Made by a program: the position numbers and the translations under genes. This document shows positions 8,976-18,607 of a stretch of 64,000 nucleotides of DNA, piece by piece. The notes under the pieces are model-generated. The model did no database searches. It worked only from the letters and a program-made list of their open reading frames with translations, and had not been told where the DNA came from. The stretch spans positions 1-64,000 of the forward strand of contig JBFWNL010000012.1 of assembly GCA_050251055.1 (NCBI GenBank), given 5' to 3'. Numbering within the stretch: the first letter of the stretch is position 1; every line of letters begins with the position of its first letter. Origin of the DNA: Bacteriovoracia bacterium. GTDB taxonomy: Bacteria > Bdellovibrionota > UBA1018 > JBFWNL01.

Positions 8976-11900
8976 TTATGGAACAAAAATCCAGTTCGTA
9001 TCACCCTGGTCTTCCGAGTCGTCGGAGGAAACGGGCGTGGATTGGAGGGCATCCGATAGATCGTCCAGGTAGGGGCGTTGCCACTTCAACAAACGATCGG
9101 ATTGGATCTTCGAAAATCGTTGCGAAGCCACGTCCCGGTACCCGTTCTTCAATGCCGCATAAGCCAGGAAAAGCTCGGACTGGGAGGCAAGCTTCGGGTC
9201 CTTCGCCGCTTCTTGAAATAAGGGCAGCGCGTTCCACATGTCCCCTACCGCAAGCCGAATATAACCCAAGAGCAGGGAGCGTTCATGCACCGACGGAGCC
9301 GAAAAGGCCAAGATCTCCGCCGGCGCCCAGGCCCCGATGCGGATATACGCTTCGACCTTATCCAGGCGCGCAATCGCCGGATCATTCCACTCATTTTCGA
9401 GATCGTTCACCTGGTTCACGTTAGCCGGGCGGTTCGGGAAACACTCTTGAGCCTTGCGGCAAAGAGTAGAAGGCGCGGTCGGATTCGACGCCATATACGC
9501 GGTCACGACCTTCTGCTTATCGCAGTTAGCCTGTTCTTTTTCGGAAACCTTCTCGAGCTCGGTGACTTTCGCCTGGAGCTTCCTCACGAAGTCGGGCCAC
9601 TGCGTGCTCTCCACGGCCGGCGAAAGCAAGCGTTTGAGGTGGGACGCCGCGCGCTTGCTCAGGCGCGGAGTGATGCAAACCGCGGCGACGCTGACCTGCG
9701 GAGCGCCGCTCGCCAGATACTTCCGCACGCCGGTACGGCGCTCTTCTAGGCTGGCCAAGATCGCGGTGACGTCCGCGAGGCGCGCCTTCAGATGATCAAC
9801 CGCGCTGGGTTTACGTCCGCCGGAACCCGTAGCCTGAGTACGTTCGCGATCCCACTCCACGAGCTTGCGTCCATCGAAATTCGGATAAAGCAGCTCCGCC
9901 CACAGCGGCTGCAACATGCCGTGGACTTTCAGCGCTGGATAATTCGTCTCGAGAAACGCGCGAAGATCTTTGTAGAGCGGATGCTTTTCACGGCGGGCGG
10001 CCGCATAAAGATCCCGCAAGAGCATCAGGCTCGTCGGCAGCGGGGACTTCCCGCTGACGACCGGCCGGACGATCTTCCACGCGGCGTCGAAGTCGCCCCC
10101 CCAGAAATATAACCGGGCCAGGTCGATCTGATTATTCGCGTCCAAAACGATGGGGGAACGGCGCTCGACGAGCGCGGTAATTTCCTTCCGCATCGCGTTC
10201 ACTTGGTAGTAAGCCCCGAAAATGAGCGCCGCGTCCCAGCGGATCGCGTCCGACTCCTGCCCAGTCTTGTAACGGGAAGCCGTCAGCAAGGTCTCGGCTT
10301 TCTTCAGCGGCTTGAAGTCCGCCTGATACGCCTTCGCCAGACGTACGTAATTCTCGAACTGCAGATCGCTCTGCTCGCGGTCCAGTTTCGCGCGGATCCA
10401 ACCCGCCTGCATCTGCTTTTCAAGCTTCTCGAACTGATCAATAATTTTGCCGGGCTCTCGGTTCACATCATAGGTGACGAGCAAGTTATGCCAAGCCTTG
10501 AGCAGCACGGTGGTGTCCCCCGCCACTTCGGTCGCCTTCTCGTACCACTCGCGAATGGCGCCCTTATCCTGATTCGCTTTCTCCAACGTGAACGCGACCT
10601 GAAAGGCGGCTTCCTGCTGGAACTTTCGGAGCTTGTCGAGAAACTCCGTGGCCTTGCCGTTTTTCGCCAGCGCTTCACCGCCGCGCACGGCTAGGCGGTA
10701 CGCCGCTTCCCAGCGTTTGTCCGCATACAAGTGATGATTGTAACTCAGATACTGGCTTTGGTGCTCAACGGTGGCGCCTTCCTTCTCCAGAGCGCCCACG
10801 AGGTAGTTTTCCGCCCGTGAACTGTCCTTCGTGCGCGAGAGCGCCTCGATAAACAGGAACTCGGCCAAACCGCGCTCCTTGGTCGCGTTGAAACGCTCGA
10901 TGTACCATTGGCTACCGTCGGCGATCGCCTCGTGGATTTTCAGCGCCGCCTTGGCGTCCGCGGACGGACGGTTCTTTTCGCCATCGGCCGCTTCGCGCAA
11001 GATGCGCAACACGCTCAACGCGGCTTCCTGGGCGCCGGTGTAGCCCGCGGTGTCTCCGGCCTGACGGTACCACTTCACGGCTTCCCAGCGCTTCTCAAGC
11101 TTTTCTTTCCGCTGGGCCCCGAAGAACCAGAACTCCCCGTCGCTTAAATCCGGAAACTGCTTGCTCACGGTGGCGTAAATCACGTCGGTAGAAGCCCAGA
11201 TATCCGCGTCGTCCGACTTCTTGGCTTCGCGGTGCACGCTGAGGGTGATCTTTACGAGCTCCTTCACCAGCTTCTGGTAACCCTCGGTGGCCTCGCTGGA
11301 ATCGCGTGCAGGCAGACGGGAAATGTAATAATCGAGCATTTTCGCGAGCATGGCCCGATTGCCCGAGGCCAACGCCACGTCTACAAGCTCGCTTAGCCAT
11401 CCGTATTGGCGCTGGGAGTTGCCCCCGCTCGCCAAAAGATTCTGCCAAAGACCGATGGCATCATTATACTTGCCGATGCTCTTATAGGCCCCGGCCAGCT
11501 GCTCATACAATTGCTCGCGCCGAGCCTTCGAAAACGGGAACATCTGCAGCTCCTGAATGGCGCCGTTCACCGGCATCATTTCGGCCATCACCAAGAGCAT
11601 GTCTTTTTGGGATTCGAGCACCAGGCTACCCGGCGTCGGCTCCCGGTCGGCGGCCTCTCCCCCGCCCGCGGCTTCGGCGTAATGGAGGGTCAGCCGTTCG
11701 AGGTGGCGAAGCGCCGTCCACTTTTCCTGCTTGTTGTAGAACGCCCAGGCCGCCTTATAAACGCCGTAAGCCGATTTTTCGGGCGACCCGATTTGCACGA
11801 GCTTCGTATAATTCCGGATGGCGGCATCGAACTCGCCCACGTCATAATAGTGGTCGCCTAATAGCTGGTATGTGTCTTCGCGATATTCGCCCAAGGGAAA

Positions 11901-12983
11901 GAAGCGGGCGATGGCGTTGAGGCGCGGTATGGCGTCATCCATCTGCTCGCGCTCCCAAAGGATCGCCACCGAAAAAAACATCGCGTCTTCCGAAAGGAGC
12001 GGCTTGCCCTGCTGGATGGAGGCGTCCACCCACGGCTTCAGCCATTTGTCCGCCTGCACGAGCGCGCCTTCCCACTCCCGGCGGTATTTATTCGGATCCT
12101 CGATGCGTAAGGCGCTCGCGTAATGCCAGTAGGTTTCACCCGTCATGTAGGCAAACTTCGCGTCGCGCGCCCGCGCGGGTAACTTCTCGCAGACTTGGAT
12201 AATGCGCTCTAAAAATCGTTTCTTTTGCGCGAAAGCGAGCCCTTTATTTTCGTTTAAATACTGCTTATGCAGGGCCTGCGCGCTCACCTTGAGGCGCAGG
12301 GACTCCAAGCGATCGACCTTAACCGCGTCCGCGAGCTGAGCGGCCTCCTCGGCCTTGCCTTCTTTCAAAAGAACAAACGCGCGCTGTAGACGGGCTTCCT
12401 CGCGTTGCGCTGCCGGCAGGGCTTCCACGCGCGAGTCGATTTCTTCGATTCCCTTCCGGGCGTCTCCGTATTTCTCCAGGCGCAAATTCACCCAGTTGCG
12501 CTCGAGTACGGCCAACGTGCGCAGTCCCGAATGGGCGGGAACCGCATTGTAGTAAAACAATGCCTCTTTGTCCCGATCCGTCGCGTAGTAGCCGCGGCCC
12601 AGCAGCACGTAAATCAAGTCCCGCCAAAGATCGTAGCTGCCCACCGTCCCGACGAAGAGTTTTCCGCTCGACGCTTCGTTCTGCACCAGGGCCTGGTATC
12701 GTACCTGGGGCAACACGGCCTCCAGTCGCGTGATCACTTCGCGAGGTTGGCGTTCAAAATCATCCTTCAAGGCCCGGATCGCCGAAAGCGCCGGATAATC
12801 GGGATGGGACTCGGGAAGCTCGGGAAAAGCTTTCGTCTCCGGTAGCGCCGAAAGCCACTTACGGACCTCCGTTACCGGCAACCCCTGCGTTACGCTACCG
12901 CCTCGGCCGTCCGCTTGGGCCGCGGCTAAGCCAAGCCAGAAGACGATCCCCATGCTAAAGCAGCGCACCGAGCGAGCCATCAT
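8976..12983 (-). CDS. Large exported TPR protein, GltD/AgmU-like (gliding machinery)
   Basis: Signal peptide and many TPRs, including 'LLGDHYYDVGEFDAAIRNY' and 'YGVYKAAWAFYN'. Divergent from cglF-gltG-aglRQS. Confidence 0.7.
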   Translation of the reverse strand: MMARSVRCFSMGIVFWLGLAAAQADGRGGSVTQGLPVTEVRKWLSALPETKAFPELPESHPDYPALSAIRALKDDFERQPREVITRLEAVLPQVRYQALVQNEASSGKLFVGTVGSYDLWRDLIYVLLGRGYYATDRDKEALFYYNAVPAHSGLRTLAVLERNWVNLRLEKYGDARKGIEEIDSRVEALPAAQREEARLQRAFVLLKEGKAEEAAQLADAVKVDRLESLRLKVSAQALHKQYLNENKGLAFAQKKRFLERIIQVCEKLPARARDAKFAYMTGETYWHYASALRIEDPNKYRREWEGALVQADKWLKPWVDASIQQGKPLLSEDAMFFSVAILWEREQMDDAIPRLNAIARFFPLGEYREDTYQLLGDHYYDVGEFDAAIRNYTKLVQIGSPEKSAYGVYKAAWAFYNKQEKWTALRHLERLTLHYAEAAGGGEAADREPTPGSLVLESQKDMLLVMAEMMPVNGAIQELQMFPFSKARREQLYEQLAGAYKSIGKYNDAIGLWQNLLASGGNSQRQYGWLSELVDVALASGNRAMLAKMLDYYISRLPARDSSEATEGYQKLVKELVKITLSVHREAKKSDDADIWASTDVIYATVSKQFPDLSDGEFWFFGAQRKEKLEKRWEAVKWYRQAGDTAGYTGAQEAALSVLRILREAADGEKNRPSADAKAALKIHEAIADGSQWYIERFNATKERGLAEFLFIEALSRTKDSSRAENYLVGALEKEGATVEHQSQYLSYNHHLYADKRWEAAYRLAVRGGEALAKNGKATEFLDKLRKFQQEAAFQVAFTLEKANQDKGAIREWYEKATEVAGDTTVLLKAWHNLLVTYDVNREPGKIIDQFEKLEKQMQAGWIRAKLDREQSDLQFENYVRLAKAYQADFKPLKKAETLLTASRYKTGQESDAIRWDAALIFGAYYQVNAMRKEITALVERRSPIVLDANNQIDLARLYFWGGDFDAAWKIVRPVVSGKSPLPTSLMLLRDLYAAARREKHPLYKDLRAFLETNYPALKVHGMLQPLWAELLYPNFDGRKLVEWDRERTQATGSGGRKPSAVDHLKARLADVTAILASLEERRTGVRKYLASGAPQVSVAAVCITPRLSKRAASHLKRLLSPAVESTQWPDFVRKLQAKVTELEKVSEKEQANCDKQKVVTAYMASNPTAPSTLCRKAQECFPNRPANVNQVNDLENEWNDPAIARLDKVEAYIRIGAWAPAEILAFSAPSVHERSLLLGYIRLAVGDMWNALPLFQEAAKDPKLASQSELFLAYAALKNGYRDVASQRFSKIQSDRLLKWQRPYLDDLSDALQSTPVSSDDSEDQGDTNWIFVP

Positions 12984-13660
12984 GCGGCCGTCGCCTCCGT
13001 GCCAGCGAATTCACGCTTCAGGAGTTTCTGCAGGATATAAATGGCAATCCGACGCCGCACCTGGGGATTCACCCGCAGGAAGTACACGCCCACGCCCGTT
13101 TCCTCGTCTTCGCCCTTGCCGGAGGACAGGGCGGGGTTAATCCGCATCACGACGGAGGCCGCCGAAAAAGTACCGATGATCGGCGCGTTGCGAACCACGA
13201 TCTTAATCTCGTCGCCCTTGTTAAACTTGAAGCGGCGATCCGCCCGCACGTAAACGCCTTTCTCGCTGATGTCCACGGCGGCAGCCCGGCAAATTTTCTG
13301 GTCGTTATGAATAATGACTTCGGCCTCGAGCCTCACCCGCGGATACCGGCGGTAGTGATTCTCGCGCCCGTACTCGCCGGTGTCTTCGAAAGTTAGCTTG
13401 ATCTTCTGCCGCAGCCCCGTGCTGCCGGAGCTCTTCTTCTTAGGCAGTTTGGATTTCGGGTAACGCGTCATCGTCACCTGGAATTCCTTGAGGTCAGAGA
13501 TTCGGCGCCACTCTTGATCGGGGAAGTGCGTGCCCCAGATGAAACTGTCGACGCGCAGCTCTCCCTCGCGTAATTTCTTCGCGATCGCGTCTTGGCTGAA
13601 GGGCCCCAGGGCCTCTCCACCGTCCGGATCTGGCAGGAACCATTCCTGGTTCTCTTGCAT
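12980..13660 (-). CDS. GYF_2 domain + PilZ domain protein
   Basis: N-terminal 'WFL...LGPFS...LREGEL...FIW...EWRRISDL' (GYF_2). PilZ motifs RRYPR and DISEKG. RBS GGGAGGAG upstream of ATG 13660. Confidence 0.85.
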   Translation of the reverse strand: MQENQEWFLPDPDGGEALGPFSQDAIAKKLREGELRVDSFIWGTHFPDQEWRRISDLKEFQVTMTRYPKSKLPKKKSSGSTGLRQKIKLTFEDTGEYGRENHYRRYPRVRLEAEVIIHNDQKICRAAAVDISEKGVYVRADRRFKFNKGDEIKIVVRNAPIIGTFSAASVVMRINPALSSGKGEDEETGVGVYFLRVNPQVRRRIAIYILQKLLKREFAGTEATAA

Positions 13661-13682
13661 GCTCTCGTTTCTCCTCCCTATT

Positions 13683-13709
13683 TTTTCGGTAGTTCGACCC
13701 TGAAATTGA
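13683..13709 (-). promoter_or_regulatory. Putative sigma28 (FliA)-type promoter for the GYF-PilZ/TPR operon
   Basis: Minus strand reads TCAA-N15-ACCGAAAA, against the consensus TAAA-N15-GCCGATAA. Confidence 0.45.
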
Positions 13710-13768
13710 AAACAATTTTCCGCCGCTCGCGTCGGCGCCGTCAAATAAGTGACTCTTTCCCTAGCGAT

Positions 13769-13795
13769 TAAGAACTTTTTGCCGGGAACCGAAAC
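13769..13795 (+). promoter_or_regulatory. Putative sigma28 (FliA)-type promoter for the Ig-repeat/cglF/gltG/agl operon
   Basis: TAAG-N15-ACCGAAAC just upstream of RBS GGAGGAGG. Confidence 0.45.
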
Positions 13796-13813
13796 GGTTG
13801 GAGGAGGATTGGA

Positions 13814-15541
13814 ATGCAGCGCTTGCTCCTGGTATTGCTACTGGCGATTTCTCCCGGAATCCACCGGGTTTTGGCCGATGAAAACCCGTCCGCGGAGGCC
13901 GCATCGCGTGCCGCGCTTTTTTACGACGGCCGGAACGACCGCTATTTCACCAATCGGGAGACGCGCTTTTCGATTCGGGCCCTGGAAAGCCCCAAGAACG
14001 TCGAGCGCATCGATGTCAGCATTAATCAAGATTCCTTCCGGCCCTACGAAGGTAAACTCCAATTCGATAAGGAAGGCATTCATCACCTGCGCTTCCGCGC
14101 CAGCGACCCGGTACTGAACTGGAGCCCGGTGCAACATTTCCGGGTGTACGTCGATCTCACCGCCCCCGTTACCTTCCCCCAGTGGGAAGGCACGACTTTC
14201 CGCGCGGGCCAGGATCTTTTCGTAAGCCCCCAGGCGACCCTTAGCCTAGTCGCCCAAGACGGCCATTCGGGCGTCGCCAAGACCCGGCTTCGCCAAGGCG
14301 AGACCGGCATGGTCACGGCTCCCGCCAAAATATCGGCCGACAAGGCCGGTCCTCACGCCATCACCTTTTCCTCCATCGACCACGTAGGAAACGCGGAGGA
14401 CTGGAAAACCATCCAGTTCACTACCGACGCGGCGGCTCCCGAAACCCAGGCCGAAGTCCGTGGTTATTCTTACAAGACGAAGAGCCAGATTTTCGTGAAC
14501 AGCGGCGGATCGATCGCGCTTGCGGCGACCGACTCCGGATCGGGCGTGGCCAAGACGGAGTACCGGATCGGCGACGGCCCGGTGAGCACCTATCAGGAGC
14601 CCATCACGATCTCGATGAATAAAGTGGAGCTGAAGTTCCGCAGCGTAGATCAGGTCGGCAATGCCGAACCCTGGAAAACGATGACTGTCTATCAAGACTC
14701 GCTGGCCCCGACCGTAAGCGTAGAGAAAACCGGCAAACACGTGCTTCTCGGCGGAAAGCTCTATGCCCGGCCCGGCTTTACCGTGAAAGCCAGCGCACAA
14801 GATCAAGGCAGCGGCATCGATCAGTTCCTGGCCTCGACCGACGGCGTAAACTTCAAGCCGGTCTCCGAAGCCGCGACCCAGTTCCAGAATCCGGGCGAGT
14901 ATTTCCTGGTGTTTCGCGCGATCGACCACGTGGGCAACCTCGATGAATCCAACCCCATCCAAATCGTGATCGACGCCACGCCGCCCATCTCGCGTTTCAA
15001 GACGACGAACGCCCTAGTGGAGCGCGACGGCGTGCTCGTCTCGGGAATTCCGAACCAGCTCGAGATCCAAGCCGACGATGACGGCGTGGGGATCGAGCGC
15101 ATCGAAGTCGGCACCGACGGAAAATCTTTCTCCCCTTTCCGCGGCGAGCTGGACCTCGCCGAGTGGAAAGATTCGAGCCGTACCCTTTACTTTCGGGCGA
15201 TCGACCGTTTAGGCAACGTGGAGGCCGTGCAGAAAAGCCGTATCGAAGTGCGGGCCCAGGGTCCGCGCGTCGATCTCTTCGTCGAGTCCAAAGACCTTCC
15301 GGACGTGCCGCTCTCTACCCTGAAAAACAAGGGTGCGAGCGCCGTCGCTCATGAGGCGGCTGAAACCCCCGCTCCGGAGGGCGCGCCCGCCGCGGCTGCG
15401 GTCAGCCGGACGAACTCGGCTACTCCCCAGAAAAAGAAAGCTAACGATACTCCTCGGGCTCCCGCCTCCGGCGGAAAAGCCAAACCGGGCAAGGCCGAAA
15501 AGCATAAGGGCAAGAACAAATCCGGAGGCAAGAAGAAGTGA
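13814..15541 (+). CDS. Exported OmpL47-type / Ig-like repeat protein with basic C-terminal tail
   Basis: Signal peptide and five repeats ending F-R-(A/S)-x-D-x-(V/L)-G-N...D-x-x-(A/P)-P. Ala/Pro- then Lys-rich disordered tail. Confidence 0.75.
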   Translation: MQRLLLVLLLAISPGIHRVLADENPSAEAASRAALFYDGRNDRYFTNRETRFSIRALESPKNVERIDVSINQDSFRPYEGKLQFDKEGIHHLRFRASDPVLNWSPVQHFRVYVDLTAPVTFPQWEGTTFRAGQDLFVSPQATLSLVAQDGHSGVAKTRLRQGETGMVTAPAKISADKAGPHAITFSSIDHVGNAEDWKTIQFTTDAAAPETQAEVRGYSYKTKSQIFVNSGGSIALAATDSGSGVAKTEYRIGDGPVSTYQEPITISMNKVELKFRSVDQVGNAEPWKTMTVYQDSLAPTVSVEKTGKHVLLGGKLYARPGFTVKASAQDQGSGIDQFLASTDGVNFKPVSEAATQFQNPGEYFLVFRAIDHVGNLDESNPIQIVIDATPPISRFKTTNALVERDGVLVSGIPNQLEIQADDDGVGIERIEVGTDGKSFSPFRGELDLAEWKDSSRTLYFRAIDRLGNVEAVQKSRIEVRAQGPRVDLFVESKDLPDVPLSTLKNKGASAVAHEAAETPAPEGAPAAAAVSRTNSATPQKKKANDTPRAPASGGKAKPGKAEKHKGKNKSGGKKK

Positions 15542-15852
15542 TGCGCGTCTGGATTCTCGCACTTTCGATCTGCCTCGGCGGCGTCGCCGAAGCGAAGCCG
15601 ACCCGATCCAAGGCCCCGGCGAGGACCGTCGCGGCCGCCCATAGCGATCCCGGCAAGAAAGTGCGCTACCGGACGCACACGCAACTCGACTTTAGCGGCC
15701 AGGCCATCCAGGGGAAGATCCGCGCGCCCGAAGTATTCTATATCTTTCAACGGCGCCGCTCCGAAGGTCACCAGGTAGTGACCCCGCCTTCCGACTTTCA
15801 CTACCATAGCCCGGACATTCAAAAAGTCGTGCAGGAGGCCCTCGGCAAATGA
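15541..15852 (+). CDS. cglF: Adventurous gliding motility protein CglF/GltF-like
   Basis: Small exported protein with 'YRTHTQLDFSGQAIQGKIRAPEVFYI', matching the CglF pattern (T-x-IDF...I-x-G...P). Sits directly upstream of gltG. Confidence 0.7.
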   Translation: MRVWILALSICLGGVAEAKPTRSKAPARTVAAAHSDPGKKVRYRTHTQLDFSGQAIQGKIRAPEVFYIFQRRRSEGHQVVTPPSDFHYHSPDIQKVVQEALGK

Positions 15853-17585
15853 GATACGCCGGCGTCTTTCTCCGACATCCCGTGACGAAGCAGGAAAAGC
15901 TGCTGGGGGCGTTCACCGACGATGTCACCATCGGTAAGGGCGCGGCGGCCGACCTGGCCCTGAGGGATTTGCGCTGCAACGCCATCCACGCCATGATCGA
16001 GCGTGATCCCAAGACCGATCACTTTACCCTCGTGGACCTGGGCAGCCAGTTTGGGACATTTTTCAACGGCAAACGCGTCGAAGAAGCGGTGCTACCAGTG
16101 GGCAAGCCTTTCCAGATCGGCACGCACCAGCTGGTCCTGCGGGAAATATCGAACGACGTGGCCGAAACCGTCGTCGACCACAAAATCAAGACCGGACGGA
16201 CCACCGTCGAAACCCGCAGCGATTCGGCCGCGGAAAAAGACCTCCTGCAGGTGTCTCTTTACTGGGGCGAGCAGCTGCTGGACGTAAGAACCTTCACGCC
16301 CGGGTCGAACATCACCATCGGGCCGCACCAAGATGCGACCTTCAGCGTGACGCTGGCGAACCCGCGATTACTGGGGCGCGCCTACCCCCTGGCTAAGTAT
16401 CGCCGCGACAAACTCGCGCTGAACTTACCCGTGGAAGCCACCGGCGTGCTCTGGCAAGGCAACGAGCTCGTCGCCGTCGACACCCTTCGCCACCATGATC
16501 GCGCCAAAGAGTTCGGGGCGATCGCCGCCACGCTTAAACCGGGCGACCGCGCCGAAATCAACTTGGGCGAGCTCACCCTTTCCTTTCGTTTCGTCGCGCC
16601 CGCCGAGCTCCCGAAAGCAACTTTCGTCCCCGAGGTGGAAAAGAACGTCGCCATACTACTCGGGATTTTGGCGGGGCTATACACCGCATTCTTCTTTTGG
16701 ATGGGCACGACCGAAGTCAAGCCCGTGGTCGAGAGCGTGCAAGAGCTCCCAAAACACATGAAGCGCACCTTGTTTGACGCCGGCATAGAATCCGCGCTCA
16801 AAAAACAGCAAGCCGCCATCGGAGAGATGATCTCCAAGCTCGAAGGCGGCCGGGCCGGAGGCGAAGAGGGTCGCGCGCGCGCGGACCGTCGGCAAACCAA
16901 GAAACCGGAAACGAAGCGCGCCGCTAAGAATGCCAAAACGAAGAACAAAGCTTCCACGATGGTCAAAAATCTAGGCCGCGCGGATGAGGGCGCGGTCCTG
17001 GACCTCGACTCGGCTTTTTCCGCCAAAAAACAGCGGCGGGCCAACGACACCACCGCGTTTAGCGGCGCGCCGCAGGTTGGAAACACCGCCGCGGCCTTGG
17101 CGGGCGGTGACTTCGCGCGCGGGACCAAGGGTTTCGGATCCGGCGGGGGCGGCAAAAGCGTGGGCATCGGCGCCCTTAAGGGCTCAGGTACGGGTGGCGC
17201 CATGGGCGCTGGCGACTACGGTCTTTCCCCTTCGAAGGGCCACGAGATCAAAACGAGCGACACCGACGAGATCGTCATCCTCGGAGGCCTGGACCCAGAC
17301 ATCATCGCTAATCGCGTCCGCCAGTATCTGCCCCAAATCCAGCATTGTTACGAACAGCAGCTCGCCGTGAACCCAAAACTCAAAGGCAAGGTGACGGTCT
17401 CTTTCATCATCAAGGGCGATGGCGGAGTCATGAAGGCATCGGTCGCCGAGACCAGCTTGCACAGCCCCGCCACCGAGAGCTGCATGACGGCAAAAATTTT
17501 AGGTTGGAAGTTTCCGAAACCCCGCGGAGGCGGGACCGTAGGAGTGAAATACCCATTCTTGCTCATGTCCAATACGGGACAGTGA
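15849..17585 (+). CDS. gltG: GltG/PglI-like protein: FHA domain, TM, Gly-rich linker, TonB/AgmX C-terminal domain
   Basis: FHA-like 'LVDLGSQFGTFFNGKRV', a single TM, and C-terminus 'IQHCYEQQL...LKGKVTVSFII...WKFPKPRGGGTVGVKYPF'. Confidence 0.85.
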   Translation: MRYAGVFLRHPVTKQEKLLGAFTDDVTIGKGAAADLALRDLRCNAIHAMIERDPKTDHFTLVDLGSQFGTFFNGKRVEEAVLPVGKPFQIGTHQLVLREISNDVAETVVDHKIKTGRTTVETRSDSAAEKDLLQVSLYWGEQLLDVRTFTPGSNITIGPHQDATFSVTLANPRLLGRAYPLAKYRRDKLALNLPVEATGVLWQGNELVAVDTLRHHDRAKEFGAIAATLKPGDRAEINLGELTLSFRFVAPAELPKATFVPEVEKNVAILLGILAGLYTAFFFWMGTTEVKPVVESVQELPKHMKRTLFDAGIESALKKQQAAIGEMISKLEGGRAGGEEGRARADRRQTKKPETKRAAKNAKTKNKASTMVKNLGRADEGAVLDLDSAFSAKKQRRANDTTAFSGAPQVGNTAAALAGGDFARGTKGFGSGGGGKSVGIGALKGSGTGGAMGAGDYGLSPSKGHEIKTSDTDEIVILGGLDPDIIANRVRQYLPQIQHCYEQQLAVNPKLKGKVTVSFIIKGDGGVMKASVAETSLHSPATESCMTAKILGWKFPKPRGGGTVGVKYPFLLMSNTGQ

Positions 17586-17605
17586 GCGGGATTAAGGAGA
17601 GAGAG

Positions 17606-18607
17606 ATGGAAGGCGCAAACAAAGTCATCAGCAAGCCGATTCTGCCGACGGGATCCACCGGGGCTCCCCCACTCGGAGAAACGATCGCGACCACCCAGCA
17701 CGCCGAGGAGTTCAACTTCGCGGAGGTCCTAGGGGGAGCGTTCCAAGCGGGCGGGATTTTCATGTACCCCCTCGCCGCGCTCATGGTGATCGGGTCGATC
17801 GTGATCATCGAACGCCTATACATGATTCTCTTCGTCTACAAGGCCAATGCGGCGAGCCTCATGCAACGCGTGCAGCGCCTGGTGCTCGACAACAATATCG
17901 AAGAGGCCGTCAAGCTGTGCAACCGCAAGAAGAAGGCGGCCGTCTATCAGGTCTTCAAGGCCGCGCTCGTGAACGCGGATCGCCCGTTCGAGGAGATTCG
18001 CGAGCACGTGGAGGTCGCCAATATGGCGGTCATCCCCAAACTCCAGTCGCGCGTGCCGTACCTATTCACCATCGGCAACGTCGCCACCCTGCTAGGACTG
18101 CTCGGTACCGTCGTGGGCCTCGTCATGACTTTCAAGTTCGTCAACCACGACGTCGTGGAAGCCTCCGACAAGCAGAAGCTGCTCACGATCGGGATCTCGA
18201 CCGCCCTGAACTGTACCGCGTTCGGCCTCATCGTCGCCATCCCCTGTATGTTGGTATACGGCTTCTTGTTCAACAAGATCAACACGATCGTTGACGAGCT
18301 GGACCACTATTCTGGCAAACTACTCCTGCTCCTGCGCACGGGCGGCCAGTATTTCGACCACTTCAACTCCGAAAGCGCGGTGAGCACGCAGCAAACCCCG
18401 CAAAAAAAGGCGGCGAATGCCGAGAATCCGTTCCCGAACACGTCGGCCGCCACCACACCGACCGCGGCGACGACCCCGTCGGCTAACGGCGTAGTGCCTA
18501 GCCGGCCCGCCGAAGAAGCCCAGCCCGACGAGCGCACGCGTTTCATGGAACGCCCCACCGGAAACGGTGACGGCGAAAATGGCGACGGGAGCGAAGATGC
18601 AGCCTAA
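17606..18607 (+). CDS. aglR: MotA/TolQ/ExbB proton channel, AglR-like
   Basis: 'GGIFMYPL', 'ATLLGLLGTVVGL', 'GISTALNCTAFGLIVAIP'. Start at ATG 17606 after AAGGAG. Confidence 0.8.
   Translation: MEGANKVISKPILPTGSTGAPPLGETIATTQHAEEFNFAEVLGGAFQAGGIFMYPLAALMVIGSIVIIERLYMILFVYKANAASLMQRVQRLVLDNNIEEAVKLCNRKKKAAVYQVFKAALVNADRPFEEIREHVEVANMAVIPKLQSRVPYLFTIGNVATLLGLLGTVVGLVMTFKFVNHDVVEASDKQKLLTIGISTALNCTAFGLIVAIPCMLVYGFLFNKINTIVDELDHYSGKLLLLLRTGGQYFDHFNSESAVSTQQTPQKKAANAENPFPNTSAATTPTAATTPSANGVVPSRPAEEAQPDERTRFMERPTGNGDGENGDGSEDAA

Noticed and set aside
17345-17605. Long N-terminal extensions in the ORF track (also at 4491, 19864, 25571, 35555 and 51806)
   Set aside because: They overlap neighbouring genes or promoters; downstream ATGs with an RBS, coupling or a signal peptide fit better.
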